A stretch of 64,000 nucleotides of DNA from positions 15,758-79,757 of the forward strand of contig CACWVU010000004.1 of NCBI GenBank assembly GCA_902764415.1. Reading direction: 5' to 3'. Source of the stretch: an uncultured bacterium (GTDB lineage Bacteria; Verrucomicrobiota; Kiritimatiellia; RFP12; UBA1067). Both the position numbers and the translations under genes were made by a program. Positions 47,925 to 56,905 of the stretch are shown in pieces. Position 1 is the stretch's first letter. The number at the start of each line of letters is the position of its first letter. The notes under the pieces are model-generated. The model was given only the letters and a program-made list of their open reading frames with translations. It made no database searches and was not told where the DNA came from.

Positions 47925-48046
47925 GGTTCGTGGTTCGTGGTTCGTGGCTCGTGGTTCGTGGCTCGTGGTTCGTGGCTCGTGGTTCGTGGCTCGTGGGGCG
48001 GGGCTCGTGGTTCGTGGCTCGTGGGGCGGGGCTCGTGGGGCGGGGC
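47925..48046. repeat. tandem heptamer array (GTTCGTG / GCTCGTG alternating, about 15 units, degenerating into GGGGCGGGGCTCGTG)
   Basis: Seen directly in the sequence. Occupies the -35 and upstream region of the promoter. Confidence 0.85.
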
Positions 48047-48076
48047 TAGGATTCTAGGCTTCTAGATTTCTAGGAC
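48046..48076. promoter_or_regulatory. CTAG-rich motif CTAGGATTCTAGGCTTCTAGATTTCTAGGAC (second copy)
   Basis: Related to 39314-39337. Confidence 0.4.
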
Positions 48077-48099
48077 AGGTAGGACGGGAGGGTTGAAAG

Positions 48100-48170
48100 C
48101 AACCAACAACCAGCGGCCAGGGATGTTGCTGGCTGCTGGGTACTGGCTGCTGGTTGCTGGTTACTGCTAC
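48100..48170. repeat. CAGCAG-type inverted-repeat element, copy 4 (short)
   Basis: AACCAACAACCAGCGGCCAG...TGCTGGCTGCTGGGTACTGGCTGCTGGTTGCTGG. Confidence 0.6.
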
Positions 48171-48174
48171 AACT

Positions 48175-48657
48175 CTACTGCAGCAGCACCTCGCGCTGCT
48201 CGTAGTGGCCGGGCTGCCAGACGCGGATCACGGTGCCGTTCGCCTGGACCTGGTCGACGTACCGCCCCTCGACCCAGACGTTCTGCACCGTCGCCGCGGG
48301 CGCGGTGACCACCGGGGTGGTGACCACCGTCGGCGTGGTGACCACCGTCGGAGTCGTGACCACCGTCGGAGTCGTCACGTAGGTGACAGGCCTGATCGAG
48401 TTGTAGACAAGCCCGCCAACAACCCCGCCGACGAAGCCCGGCCAGAAATGACGCCCGCCACGGCCCCAGCCGCTGTGGTAGTGGTGCGGCCCGTGGTGGA
48501 AGCCGTGGTGCATCACCGGACGCGGACCGTGGTGGAAACCGCCAGGACGAGGCCCGCCCCGGAAGCCGCCATGCCCACCGTGGAAGCCGTGGGGACCTGC
48601 AAACGCGCCGATTGCGAGGACGGCAGTGCCAACCGCAACTATGAGTTTCTTGTTCAT
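48175..48657 (-). CDS. secreted His/Gly/Pro-rich protein with TTPTVV repeats
   Basis: Signal peptide MNKKLIVAVGTAVLAIGAFA, RBS AAAGGAG. (GFHHGP)-type His-rich stretches. 18-nt DNA tandem repeats encode VVTTPT x4. Confidence 0.55.
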   Translation of the reverse strand: MNKKLIVAVGTAVLAIGAFAGPHGFHGGHGGFRGGPRPGGFHHGPRPVMHHGFHHGPHHYHSGWGRGGRHFWPGFVGGVVGGLVYNSIRPVTYVTTPTVVTTPTVVTTPTVVTTPVVTAPAATVQNVWVEGRYVDQVQANGTVIRVWQPGHYEQREVLLQ

Positions 48658-48747
48658 TTCTGTTCTCCTTTCTTAAGTTACCGGCAAGGTCTATTCGCCC
48701 TGCAACAGTGGGTAAGGCGGGACTGTCCACAGAATCTGACAAAAAAA

Positions 48748-48825
<78 letters not shown>

Positions 48826-48839
48826 TTGGTTTGACGCGT

Positions 48840-48848
48840 ATTATACCA
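48840..48848 (-). promoter_or_regulatory. extended -10 TGGTATAATACGCG, tRNA-Pro promoter
   Basis: 14 nt upstream of the mature tRNA 5' end. Confidence 0.5.
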
Positions 48849-48876
48849 AAAATGGCGCGCCGCCGCTTTGACGCCC

Positions 48877-50211
48877 TCAGCCCAGCACCAGGCCGCGGCG
48901 GACGAGGTCGGCGGCGTCGAGTGCGTAGGCGGGGTCGATCTCGAGCGGCATCGACGCCGGCGCCTTCACCCCGGCGGCGGCGAGCATCTTCGCCCACTTC
49001 GCACGCAGGTCGGCGCGGCAGGTCGCCGGCGAGTCGTTGCCCTCGGCGTTCTTCACCGGCGAGAACTCGTCCTTCTGGTCGAAGGCGAGGAACGCCGCAC
49101 GGCGCGCGTTGGGTAGGATGTCGAAGATGAACTTCTCGAACTTGTAGCCGTTGGGCTCGGTGGGCTTCACCACCTTGCCGCCGACCACGCAGGGGATCTT
49201 CTTGAACGCCAGGTGGAGCGGCATCGACTTCGCCGCCTCGCGCGCCAGGAACGCGCGGTCGAAGACGTGGATCGCCGGCGAGCCGTAGAGGTAGTAGAGC
49301 TTGCCGCCCTTCTTGCGCAGGCACTGCTCCTTGGTCATCTCGGTGTACTCGACCATGCGGTAGCGTCCGCCGACGAGCATCGGCATGCCAACCTTCTCGA
49401 ACGGGTCGCGCTTGGCGCAGAGCTTGAGCGAGTACTCGCTCCGCTCGAGCACGTGGTAGCCGACGAACGCCGGGTCGGCGATCTCGACAAGCGGGTTGTC
49501 GACCTGGAAGAAGAACACCGACTTGATGCCGCGGCGCTTCATGTCGTCGAGCGCGCCGGAGCGCTTCAGCGCGGCGAGGAGCCCGCCGTGGCCGTCCGGG
49601 CTCATGAAGACGTGGCCGGGCGCGTCGAGGATGATCTTGCCGTCCTTGGTCATCCCCGGCCACATGCCCTGGGTGAAGAAGAAGACGTCCTTGGGGTCGA
49701 GGCCGAAGTAGCCGTTCGTGCGGAAGCACTCCACCGTCGCCGCGTTGTTGGCCTCGCTCGTCATCACGTAGAACGGGATCGGCCGGCCGTAGCGGCGCGA
49801 GCGCGCGAGGATCTTGCGCGCGTGGAAGTGGAAGAGCGGCGCGCCGGTGACGGGGCCGATCGAGTAGCAGCCCTTGGGGCCGTCGTAGCCGAGGCGCGAG
49901 CCCTGGCCGCCGGCGACGAGCAGCGCCGCGACGCGCCCGGCCTTGAGCTCCCGCTCGCCCGCCGCGACCGCGCGCGCAAGCGCCGCGCCCTTCAGCTCGG
50001 CCACCTTCGGGGCGAGCCCGCGCGAGGTGTCGACCGCCGCCGCGACGCCGCCCTTGAGCGCGGCCGCGCAGGCCTTGACGCTCTTCGGGTCGATCGCCGC
50101 GACCTGGGCGAGCAGCGCGGAGCGCTCCGCCTTCGAAAGGCCCTTCCAGTATTCGAGCACATGCTCCTGGCCGCATGCCGCGAGCCGCTTCTTAGCCTCC
50201 GCGAGGTTCAT
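48877..50211 (-). CDS. UDP-sugar / UDP-GlcNAc pyrophosphorylase (UDPGP family, UAP-like)
   Basis: LVAGGQGSRLG, and DNPLVEIADPAFVGY-like segments. Start moved to MNLAEAKK with RBS AGGAGG. Confidence 0.75.
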   Translation of the reverse strand: MNLAEAKKRLAACGQEHVLEYWKGLSKAERSALLAQVAAIDPKSVKACAAALKGGVAAAVDTSRGLAPKVAELKGAALARAVAAGERELKAGRVAALLVAGGQGSRLGYDGPKGCYSIGPVTGAPLFHFHARKILARSRRYGRPIPFYVMTSEANNAATVECFRTNGYFGLDPKDVFFFTQGMWPGMTKDGKIILDAPGHVFMSPDGHGGLLAALKRSGALDDMKRRGIKSVFFFQVDNPLVEIADPAFVGYHVLERSEYSLKLCAKRDPFEKVGMPMLVGGRYRMVEYTEMTKEQCLRKKGGKLYYLYGSPAIHVFDRAFLAREAAKSMPLHLAFKKIPCVVGGKVVKPTEPNGYKFEKFIFDILPNARRAAFLAFDQKDEFSPVKNAEGNDSPATCRADLRAKWAKMLAAAGVKAPASMPLEIDPAYALDAADLVRRGLVLG

Positions 50212-50237
50212 CTCCGTTTCCTCCTTCTTGTTTTCGT

Positions 50238-50489
50238 TCAGTACATCTTCTCGTATTCGCCGCGGCCGACGCGCTTGAGCGAGTGGAAGCCGGCGCGCTT
50301 GGCGCGGTAGTTGAGGTCGGTCTGCGAACGGCCGAGCCCCGGCGCCTGGATCACCCTGAAGACCGGCGCGCCGCAGTCCGGGCAGCTCTCCAGCTTCGCG
50401 TCGTGGATCGACTGCGAAACCTCGAAGCCGCCGCGGCAGCGTCCGCACGCGCGCTTGGCGTCCCTTGCCTCGTAGACGTAGATCGGCAT
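50238..50489 (-). CDS. FmdB-family zinc-ribbon putative regulatory protein
   Basis: Starts MPIYVYE, with CxxC...CPDCG pairs. Confidence 0.7.
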   Translation of the reverse strand: MPIYVYEARDAKRACGRCRGGFEVSQSIHDAKLESCPDCGAPVFRVIQAPGLGRSQTDLNYRAKRAGFHSLKRVGRGEYEKMY

Positions 50490-50502
50490 CGCGCGCGCCC
50501 GG

Positions 50503-51861
50503 CTACCGCCGGTCCTTGAGCGGGACGTAGGTGCGGGGACGGAAGATCGGCTTGTAGGCCGGACGGATGATCGGCCCCGCGTTCACCAGCTCCTCCATCC
50601 GGTGCGCGCACCACGAGACGCAGCGGGCGACCGCGAAAAGCGGCGTGTAGAGGTCCTTCGGGATGCCGAGCATGTCATAGACGAAGCCGGAGTAGAGGTC
50701 GACGTTGGCGCACACGTCCTCGGCGCGCGGATGGCGCTTGCGCACGATCGCCGGACCCAGCTCCTCGATCGCCTCGAAGAGCTTCATCTCGTCCGTCCGC
50801 CGCTTCTCCCTCGCCAGCGCCTCGGCCTTCGCCTTGAGCATCTGCGCGCGCGGGTCGGACACTGTGTAGACCGCGTGGCCGAGGCCGTAGATGAGGCCCG
50901 AGCCGTCCCCGGCCTTGCGGTCGGCGATGCGCTCGAGGTACTTCGCCACCGCGTCGCCGTTGCGCCAGTCCTTCACGTTGGACTTGATCTCGTCCATCTG
51001 CCGCATGACCCGGAGGTTGGCGCCGCCGTGCCGCGAGCCCTTCAAGGACAGGATCGACGCCGCGACCGACGAGTAGAGGTCGGAGTGGGCGGAGGTGACG
51101 ACATGGGTGGTGAAGGACGAGTTGTTGCCGCCGCCGTGCTCGGCGTGCAGGATCAGCGCCAGGTCCAGCGTCTCCGCCTCGAGCCTGGTGTAGCGCCCGT
51201 CCTCGCGCGTGAGCATGAGGACGTTCTCGGCCGTGGACTTGTCCGGGGCCGGATTGCGGATCATCAGCGAGCCGCCGTCGTGGTAGTGGGCCTTGGCCTG
51301 GTAGGCGTAGGCCGCGATGGTCGGCATCGCGCCGATGAGGTCTATCGACTGCGCGAGGCACGTCTCGAGCGAAAGGTCGTCGGGCGAGGCGCTGGAGTCG
51401 TAGGCGTAGGCGAAGAGCACCGCGCGGGCGAGCGCGTTCATGAGGTCCTTCGGCGGATGCTTCATGATCGCGTTCTCCTTGAAGCCGTCGGAGAGCTTGC
51501 GGTGGGCGCCGATGCGGTTCTTCCAATCGACGAGCTCGCGCGGCGTCGGCAGTTCGCCGAAGAGCAGCAGGTAGGCCGTCTCCTCGTAGCCGAAACGGTG
51601 CTCGCGGCGGTCGGCCTGCACGATGTCGCGCACGTTGATGCCGCGGTAGTACAGCTCGCCCGGCACCGCGCGGCGCTCGCCTTCGTCCATCACGTAGCCG
51701 TGCACGTTGCCGATGGTGGTAAGCCCCACCAGCACGCCGATGCCGTTGTCGTCGCGCAAACCCCGCTTGACCCCGTACTTGCGGTAGAGGGACGGGTCGA
51801 TGTAGTCAACCGCCCGTACCTTCTCCGCCTGGGCCCTCAACCATTTCTTATTATCCGCCAT
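50503..51861 (-). CDS. gltA: citrate synthase
   Basis: HAEHGGGN, GLGHAVY, and the DPR segment. Start moved to MADNKKW. Confidence 0.85.
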   Translation of the reverse strand: MADNKKWLRAQAEKVRAVDYIDPSLYRKYGVKRGLRDDNGIGVLVGLTTIGNVHGYVMDEGERRAVPGELYYRGINVRDIVQADRREHRFGYEETAYLLLFGELPTPRELVDWKNRIGAHRKLSDGFKENAIMKHPPKDLMNALARAVLFAYAYDSSASPDDLSLETCLAQSIDLIGAMPTIAAYAYQAKAHYHDGGSLMIRNPAPDKSTAENVLMLTREDGRYTRLEAETLDLALILHAEHGGGNNSSFTTHVVTSAHSDLYSSVAASILSLKGSRHGGANLRVMRQMDEIKSNVKDWRNGDAVAKYLERIADRKAGDGSGLIYGLGHAVYTVSDPRAQMLKAKAEALAREKRRTDEMKLFEAIEELGPAIVRKRHPRAEDVCANVDLYSGFVYDMLGIPKDLYTPLFAVARCVSWCAHRMEELVNAGPIIRPAYKPIFRPRTYVPLKDRR

Positions 51862-51870
51862 AACTGGTGA

Positions 51871-51879
51871 ATTATACCA
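51871..51879 (-). promoter_or_regulatory. extended -10 TGGTATAAT, near-leaderless gltA promoter
   Basis: TGGTATAAT + TCACCAGTT (9 nt) + ATG. Confidence 0.5.
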
Positions 51880-51957
51880 AAAACCGTGGCCGTGGCGCAA
51901 ATCGGGTGTGGGGTTCTCGCGGCTGATTTTTCTCACACAGAGACACAGAGGTTTTTT

Positions 51958-52227
51958 AACTCCGATCTGTGGGGCTCTCGCTACCGCTCCGCAGAATAGG
52001 CTATGCTTCGCATTTGATATTCGTCAATACACAGCCACTTTTGCCATGTTTTATATCTGCGGCTTCGCCGCAGGGGATATAGTTCGGGGGTCTGGGGGTA
52101 GCGCCCCCAGATAAAAAACTATGTGCCCTTTGTGCTCTCTGCGTTATAGACAAATGACATGGTACTGGATTGGGGTTGCGAGATGCGAAGCGGCGGAACG
52201 GTAGTGAGAGCCCCAACCATCGGAGTT
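51958..52227. repeat. structured repeat element, copy B
   Basis: Same termini and core as 31819-32052. The hairpin is replaced by CTGGGGGTAGCGCCCCCAG, a compensatory change. Confidence 0.75.
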
Positions 52228-52237
52228 TCATACAAAA

Positions 52238-53263
52238 TCAGGGCAAAACATCCTCCAGCACGTGGAAGGTGGAGCCGGCGCGCATCGGGGCGACCGACGG
52301 GCCGAAGTCCTTCATGTGCGGCGCGGCGAGGTGGGCCTTCAGCTCCGGGAGCGAGCGCCACTTCTCGAGCATCCAGAAGGTGCGATCTCCGAAGCGCTGG
52401 GGCTTGTCCCAGTCGGTCTCGGCGTCGCCGAGGAGCCGGTACTCGCAGCAGCCAGGCTCGGCGCGGACCGCCGCCATCACGGCCTTGGTCTTCGCCAGGT
52501 ACGCTGCGCGGCCGGCGTCCTGCTTGAGGTCAAAGCGGCAGAGCACCCAGACCGGCTTCCAGCTCTCCCAACCGAGCGCCGCGACGCGGTCCTCCGCCAT
52601 GCCGAGCGCGCGCAGGACTCCGCGGGCCATCAGGCGGTTGCCGGCCGGGTTCATGTGCACGTTGTCGCGCGTGAGCCTCACGGACGGATCGGCGGCGTGG
52701 GCCTTCCACATGTCGGCGTTGAGGTCGGCGACTGGATAGCCGCGGCGCTTCGCCTCGGCGCGGAGCCACTCGTTGTACGGCGCGAGGGTAACGTTGTGCT
52801 TGGACTTGTCCATCTCGCGCTCCTCGAACATCGTAGCGGTCAGCACGACCACCTGGCAGTTCGACGCCGCGCACTTGTCGAATATCGCCGAGATGTTCTT
52901 CTGGTAGTCCTCGAGCGAAACGCCGCGGTTGTTGTCCTGGTGCCAGACATCGTTGACGCCGCAGGAAAGCGTCATCACCTTCGGCTTCTTCACGAGCACG
53001 TCGCGGTCGAGCCGCGCGAGCATGTCGTTGGACTTGTGGCCGCTCACGCCGGCCTTGACGGGCTTAACGTACACGCCCTCGACGGCGAGCGAGCGCAGGA
53101 CGAGGTTGACGTATCCGTCGGGGTTTTCCTGACCCTGCTGGGTGATCGAGTCGCCGAGGAACGCCAGCGTGTCGCCGCTCTTGACGAGCAGCCCGTCCTC
53201 CGCAGCCGCCGCGAACGCAACCGCAACCGCCGCAACCGCAACCATAAGTTTCTTCATGTTCAT
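52238..53263 (-). CDS. secreted SGNH/GDSL hydrolase fused to a C-terminal ABM (antibiotic-biosynthesis-monooxygenase-like) domain
   Basis: Signal peptide, FLGDSIT block I, and a C-terminal segment of roughly 100 aa matching the ABM fold pattern. Confidence 0.65.
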   Translation of the reverse strand: MNMKKLMVAVAAVAVAFAAAAEDGLLVKSGDTLAFLGDSITQQGQENPDGYVNLVLRSLAVEGVYVKPVKAGVSGHKSNDMLARLDRDVLVKKPKVMTLSCGVNDVWHQDNNRGVSLEDYQKNISAIFDKCAASNCQVVVLTATMFEEREMDKSKHNVTLAPYNEWLRAEAKRRGYPVADLNADMWKAHAADPSVRLTRDNVHMNPAGNRLMARGVLRALGMAEDRVAALGWESWKPVWVLCRFDLKQDAGRAAYLAKTKAVMAAVRAEPGCCEYRLLGDAETDWDKPQRFGDRTFWMLEKWRSLPELKAHLAAPHMKDFGPSVAPMRAGSTFHVLEDVLP

Positions 53264-53284
53264 TTTCCTTTCGCTTTGGCGTAT

Positions 53285-53293
53285 ATTATACCA
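53285..53293 (-). promoter_or_regulatory. extended -10 TGGTATAATATACGCC upstream of the SGNH gene
   Basis: Heptamers CACGAAC/CACGATT lie directly upstream. RBS AAAGGAAA. Confidence 0.45.
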
Positions 53294-53296
53294 GAA

Positions 53297-53323
53297 TCGT
53301 GGTTCGTGGCTCGCGGCTCGCGG
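53297..53323. repeat. short heptamer array (GTGGTTCGTGGCTCGCGGCTCGCGG)
   Basis: Same family as 47925-48046. Confidence 0.6.
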
Positions 53324-53326
53324 GAG

Positions 53327-55480
53327 CTAACGCTGCCGCGGGCACTCCCTGCAGGGCCAGGACTTCGGCGGCTCGTAGCCGGGGCGGCCGACGGGGCGGC
53401 TGGTCTCCAGGACGCGGTAGAAGCCGTTCATGCGGATGTCCGTGAGCCCCTTCCTGAGACCCGCGCCGTCCACCGGATACAGCCGCACGAGCTGCGTCGC
53501 GAGCGGCGGGACGTCGCAGGAGTATTCCGCGGCGAAAGTGCCGAGGTCGCGCTGGCGCCAGAGGTCGCGCACGCGCCACTTGCCCTCCAGCCCGAGCGAC
53601 GCGAAGTCGGCGGTGACCGTGGTCGCCTTGCGCACCGTGTTGACGAGCGCGAGCGCGAAGGAGCCGTCGCTCATCGGCTTCGCCCAGATCTCGGCGCGAG
53701 GACCGGACGCGACGACCTCGGCCTGGGCGCCGAGCTCGTCCTGGTTGGTCTCGATGACCTCGTCGTTGGTCAGCAGGGAGAGCGTGAAGTCGTCGAGCTT
53801 AGTCAGGTCGCAGCCGATCAGGAGCGGCGAGCAGAGCATGCACCAGAGCGAGATGTGGGTGTACTGCATGTTCTGGGTGAGGCGCGTCGGGCGGCGGAAC
53901 TTCCATGGGCCGCCGATGACGCCGACGACGAGCATGTCGGAATCGTTCCAGGCGCCGGGGCGCGCGAAGAGCCAGCGGTGACGCTGACCGTCGACCATCC
54001 TGCGCACCTTGTACCAGGAGTCGTTGATGTCGTCGGTGGTGCGCCAGCTGTTGGCGCCGGCGATCGCCGCCGCGCCGGCGAGGAGAGGCGTGTGCGAACC
54101 GGCGCCGTAGGGGTTGATCGAGAAGACGATGTCCCGGTCCTGGGCCTTCAGCGCCTCGGCCATGACCAGGAACGGCATGACGTGGCCGGTGGTGCCCTCG
54201 CCAACGAGGTGCTTCGCGTAGCTGCAGCCGTCGTACTTGAGGTAGTCGTAGCCCCACTTCGCGTAGGTCTCGGCGTCCTTCCACTCGTGGCCCCACGACC
54301 CCTCGCAGCCGCCGCAGGTCTTCGCCGCGGGCGAGGAGTAGAGTCCGGCCAGCAGGCCCTTGGAGTGGATGTAGTCGGCGAGCGCCTTCATGTCCGGGAA
54401 CTTGACGTTCGGCACGACCGTGCCGTCGGCGGCGCGCAGCGGCCCCTTGAGCGTCGGTTCGTCGGTGGAGTCGACGCTGTTCTGCCAGTAGTCGTCGAGG
54501 TTGACGTAGCTCCAGCCGTGGTCGGCGAGGCCGGTAGCGATCATCGCGTCTGCGGCGGCGCGCATGTCGGCGTCGGTCACGAAGGAGCCGAAGACGTTCC
54601 AGCTGTTCCAGCCCATCGGCGGCGTGAGCGCGAGCCGGTCGCCGACGACGAGCCGGAGCGTCGACGCGGCCTTGCCCGCGGCGTTTTCGGCCGTGAAGGA
54701 GATCCGGTACTCGCCGGGCGCGGCGACGTTGCCGGAGAGGAGACCAGTCGCCGCGTCGAACGCCGCGCCGGCCGGCAGGTTCGCCGCGGCGAACCGCATC
54801 GGGCGCGCGCCGGTGACCGGAAGCCGCCAGAGGATCGGATGGCCGGGGCGGACGCCGAACACGCGCGCGCCGTTGATGCGCGGCGCCTCGCCCGGCGGCG
54901 GCGTCAGGATGCCGAGCTGGCCTTCGAGACCCGACCACGCCTCGACCGCGGCGCCGTCCTCGAGCGTGAAGCGCGCATCGCCCCAGACCGAGATGTCCCA
55001 GCTCTGCGAGCCGAGTTCGTCGATTTCGAGCCGCACGAGCTTCGCCCCCGTGAGATCGGCCTTCAGCGCGAAAGCCGGCGTCGCGGACACCATCTCCGGC
55101 GACTCGGCGACGACCTTGCCGTCCGCCACGACGCGGAAGCGCACCTTGGCGTCGTCATGCATCTTCCAGAGCGCCGCGTGCTCGGCGACCCAGGCGTCGA
55201 CGCCCACCACGGCCTCGAAGGACTTGGCGCCGCCGTTGGGAAACTCGTAGACCGAGGCCGAGGGCGCATGGGAGCCGACGCCGCGGCTGAACGTGCGCGC
55301 GCCGATCCTGAGCGGGGCCGGCTCCTCGGGCGTGCTCTGATAGCTTTCGCGCGCCTTTGGCACCGGAAGCGAGCCGACGTCCATTCCGTCCAGCGGCAGA
55401 TCGTCGACCCAGACGACGCGGTCGGCGGCCGCGGCGCCAGCCGCAAGGCACAGCGCCAGGGTTACGGAGGAGTATCTCAT
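53327..55480 (-). CDS. GH27 alpha-galactosidase with an N-terminal NPCBM-like carbohydrate-binding domain, secreted
   Basis: Signal peptide MRYSSVTLALCLAAGAAA. LTPPMGWNSWN and LKYDGC GH27 motifs. Start moved to 55478-55480 (ATGA overlap with pyrD). Confidence 0.75.
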   Translation of the reverse strand: MRYSSVTLALCLAAGAAAADRVVWVDDLPLDGMDVGSLPVPKARESYQSTPEEPAPLRIGARTFSRGVGSHAPSASVYEFPNGGAKSFEAVVGVDAWVAEHAALWKMHDDAKVRFRVVADGKVVAESPEMVSATPAFALKADLTGAKLVRLEIDELGSQSWDISVWGDARFTLEDGAAVEAWSGLEGQLGILTPPPGEAPRINGARVFGVRPGHPILWRLPVTGARPMRFAAANLPAGAAFDAATGLLSGNVAAPGEYRISFTAENAAGKAASTLRLVVGDRLALTPPMGWNSWNVFGSFVTDADMRAAADAMIATGLADHGWSYVNLDDYWQNSVDSTDEPTLKGPLRAADGTVVPNVKFPDMKALADYIHSKGLLAGLYSSPAAKTCGGCEGSWGHEWKDAETYAKWGYDYLKYDGCSYAKHLVGEGTTGHVMPFLVMAEALKAQDRDIVFSINPYGAGSHTPLLAGAAAIAGANSWRTTDDINDSWYKVRRMVDGQRHRWLFARPGAWNDSDMLVVGVIGGPWKFRRPTRLTQNMQYTHISLWCMLCSPLLIGCDLTKLDDFTLSLLTNDEVIETNQDELGAQAEVVASGPRAEIWAKPMSDGSFALALVNTVRKATTVTADFASLGLEGKWRVRDLWRQRDLGTFAAEYSCDVPPLATQLVRLYPVDGAGLRKGLTDIRMNGFYRVLETSRPVGRPGYEPPKSWPCRECPRQR

Positions 55481-56400
55481 AATTGCAGTCCTTCGGCGGT
55501 GAGCGCGGCGACGGAGGCGAAGCCGTGGCGCGCGCAGTAGTCGGCGATGCCGTCGTGGACCGCCGCTACAACGCCGGGGTCGGAGAAAAGCGCGGTGCCG
55601 ACGGCGACGGCGTTTGCGCCGGCGAGCAGGAATTCGACCGCGTCCTTCGCCTCGTAGACGCCACCCATCGCGAGAATCGGCAACTTCGTCGCCGCACGCG
55701 CGTCGTGCACCACCTTGACCGCCACCGGATGCACCGCGCGGCCGGAGAGCCCGCCAGAGCCGTTGGCGATGACTGGACGCCGCCGCTCGACGTCGATCAC
55801 CATCGCCGGAATCGTGTTGATGAGCGAAAGCGCGTCCGCGCCCGCGTCTTCGCACGCGCGCACGTAGGGGACGATCGACGGCACGTTCGGCGCGAGCTTC
55901 ACGAAAAGCGGCAGCTTCGTCGCCGCGCGCACGGCCGAGACCACCTCGAAGAGCACCTTGGGGTCCTGTCCGAAGGTGTGGCCGCCCTCCTTCACGTTGG
56001 GGCAGGAGACGTTCATCTCGATCGCCGCCACCGCGTCGCCGATCCGCCGCGCGACCTCGGCGTAGCCTTCCACCGACCCGCCCCAGATGTTGGCGATCAC
56101 CGGCGGCGCGTCCGGCACCGTCGCGCGATAGCGCGGCAGCGTGATCTCGAGGAAATGGTCCACCCCGGTTCCCTGCAGCCCGATCGCGTTCACCAGCCCG
56201 CCCGGGACTTCGCAATGGCGCGGCATCGGGTTGCCGGGCCACGGCTCGACGCGGATTCCCTTCGCCGTCACCGCGCCGAGCTTGGGGTAGTCGACCGCGC
56301 CGAAGTATTCGAAGCCGTAGCCGAAGGTACCGCTCGCCGTGGCGACGGGCGTGCGCATCTTAAGCCCGCCCAGGTCGACGCGCATATCCACCGCCGCCAT
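55477..56400 (-). CDS. pyrD: dihydroorotate dehydrogenase (class 1 catalytic subunit)
   Basis: TIM-barrel DHOD pattern (MNVSCPN, GGLSG, conserved Lys/Asn). Confidence 0.8.
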   Translation of the reverse strand: MAAVDMRVDLGGLKMRTPVATASGTFGYGFEYFGAVDYPKLGAVTAKGIRVEPWPGNPMPRHCEVPGGLVNAIGLQGTGVDHFLEITLPRYRATVPDAPPVIANIWGGSVEGYAEVARRIGDAVAAIEMNVSCPNVKEGGHTFGQDPKVLFEVVSAVRAATKLPLFVKLAPNVPSIVPYVRACEDAGADALSLINTIPAMVIDVERRRPVIANGSGGLSGRAVHPVAVKVVHDARAATKLPILAMGGVYEAKDAVEFLLAGANAVAVGTALFSDPGVVAAVHDGIADYCARHGFASVAALTAEGLQL

Positions 56401-56401
56401 G

Positions 56402-56905
56402 TCAGGAATCCCCCTTCGCTTCGTCCGCCGGCGGGAAAAGCTCCGCCGCCGCCTCGCGCACGCCGAGATGATGCCAGGCGTCGAGGACGACCGAGCCGCC
56501 GTCCGCCAGCTTCAACTTAAGGATGCCCTTCGCCTCCCAGCGCGAGCGGTCGAGCTGCGCGACATCGGCGGGCGAGTGCCTACGGCCAGCGACGGAAAAG
56601 CCGGCTTCGTCCCAGGCGAAGTCGAGCCGCGAGGAGAGGAACAGCCTCAGCCCCACCACGCCGGCGGCGACGAGGAGGACGAGCGCAAGCCCGAGCTGGG
56701 CGTTCGTCTTCTGGTGCTTGAACGCCTCGAGGTCGGCGCCGGCCGGCGGCTCCGCCTGCTCGATCGAGCGGTAGAGCTCGTCCGGCGCCATGCGCGGATA
56801 GCGCACCGCGCCGTCGTAGCCGAACCAGCAGCCGAGCGCGGCCATGACCACCGCGGCGAAAAGGTGGCGGCGCAGGTAGTCGGGGTTGAGGCGGAGGCGC
56901 TTCAC
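56402..56905 (-). CDS. small membrane protein, GTG start overlapping the gspE stop (GTGA)
   Basis: VKRLRLNPDYLRRHLFAAVVMAALGCWFGY... with two TM helices. The start is uncertain. Confidence 0.4.
   Translation of the reverse strand: MKRLRLNPDYLRRHLFAAVVMAALGCWFGYDGAVRYPRMAPDELYRSIEQAEPPAGADLEAFKHQKTNAQLGLALVLLVAAGVVGLRLFLSSRLDFAWDEAGFSVAGRRHSPADVAQLDRSRWEAKGILKLKLADGGSVVLDAWHHLGVREAAAELFPPADEAKGDS

Noticed and set aside
47925-48046. Possible CRISPR array
   Set aside because: The repeats are 7-bp tandem units with no spacers and there are no cas genes. This is a simple-sequence repeat, not CRISPR.
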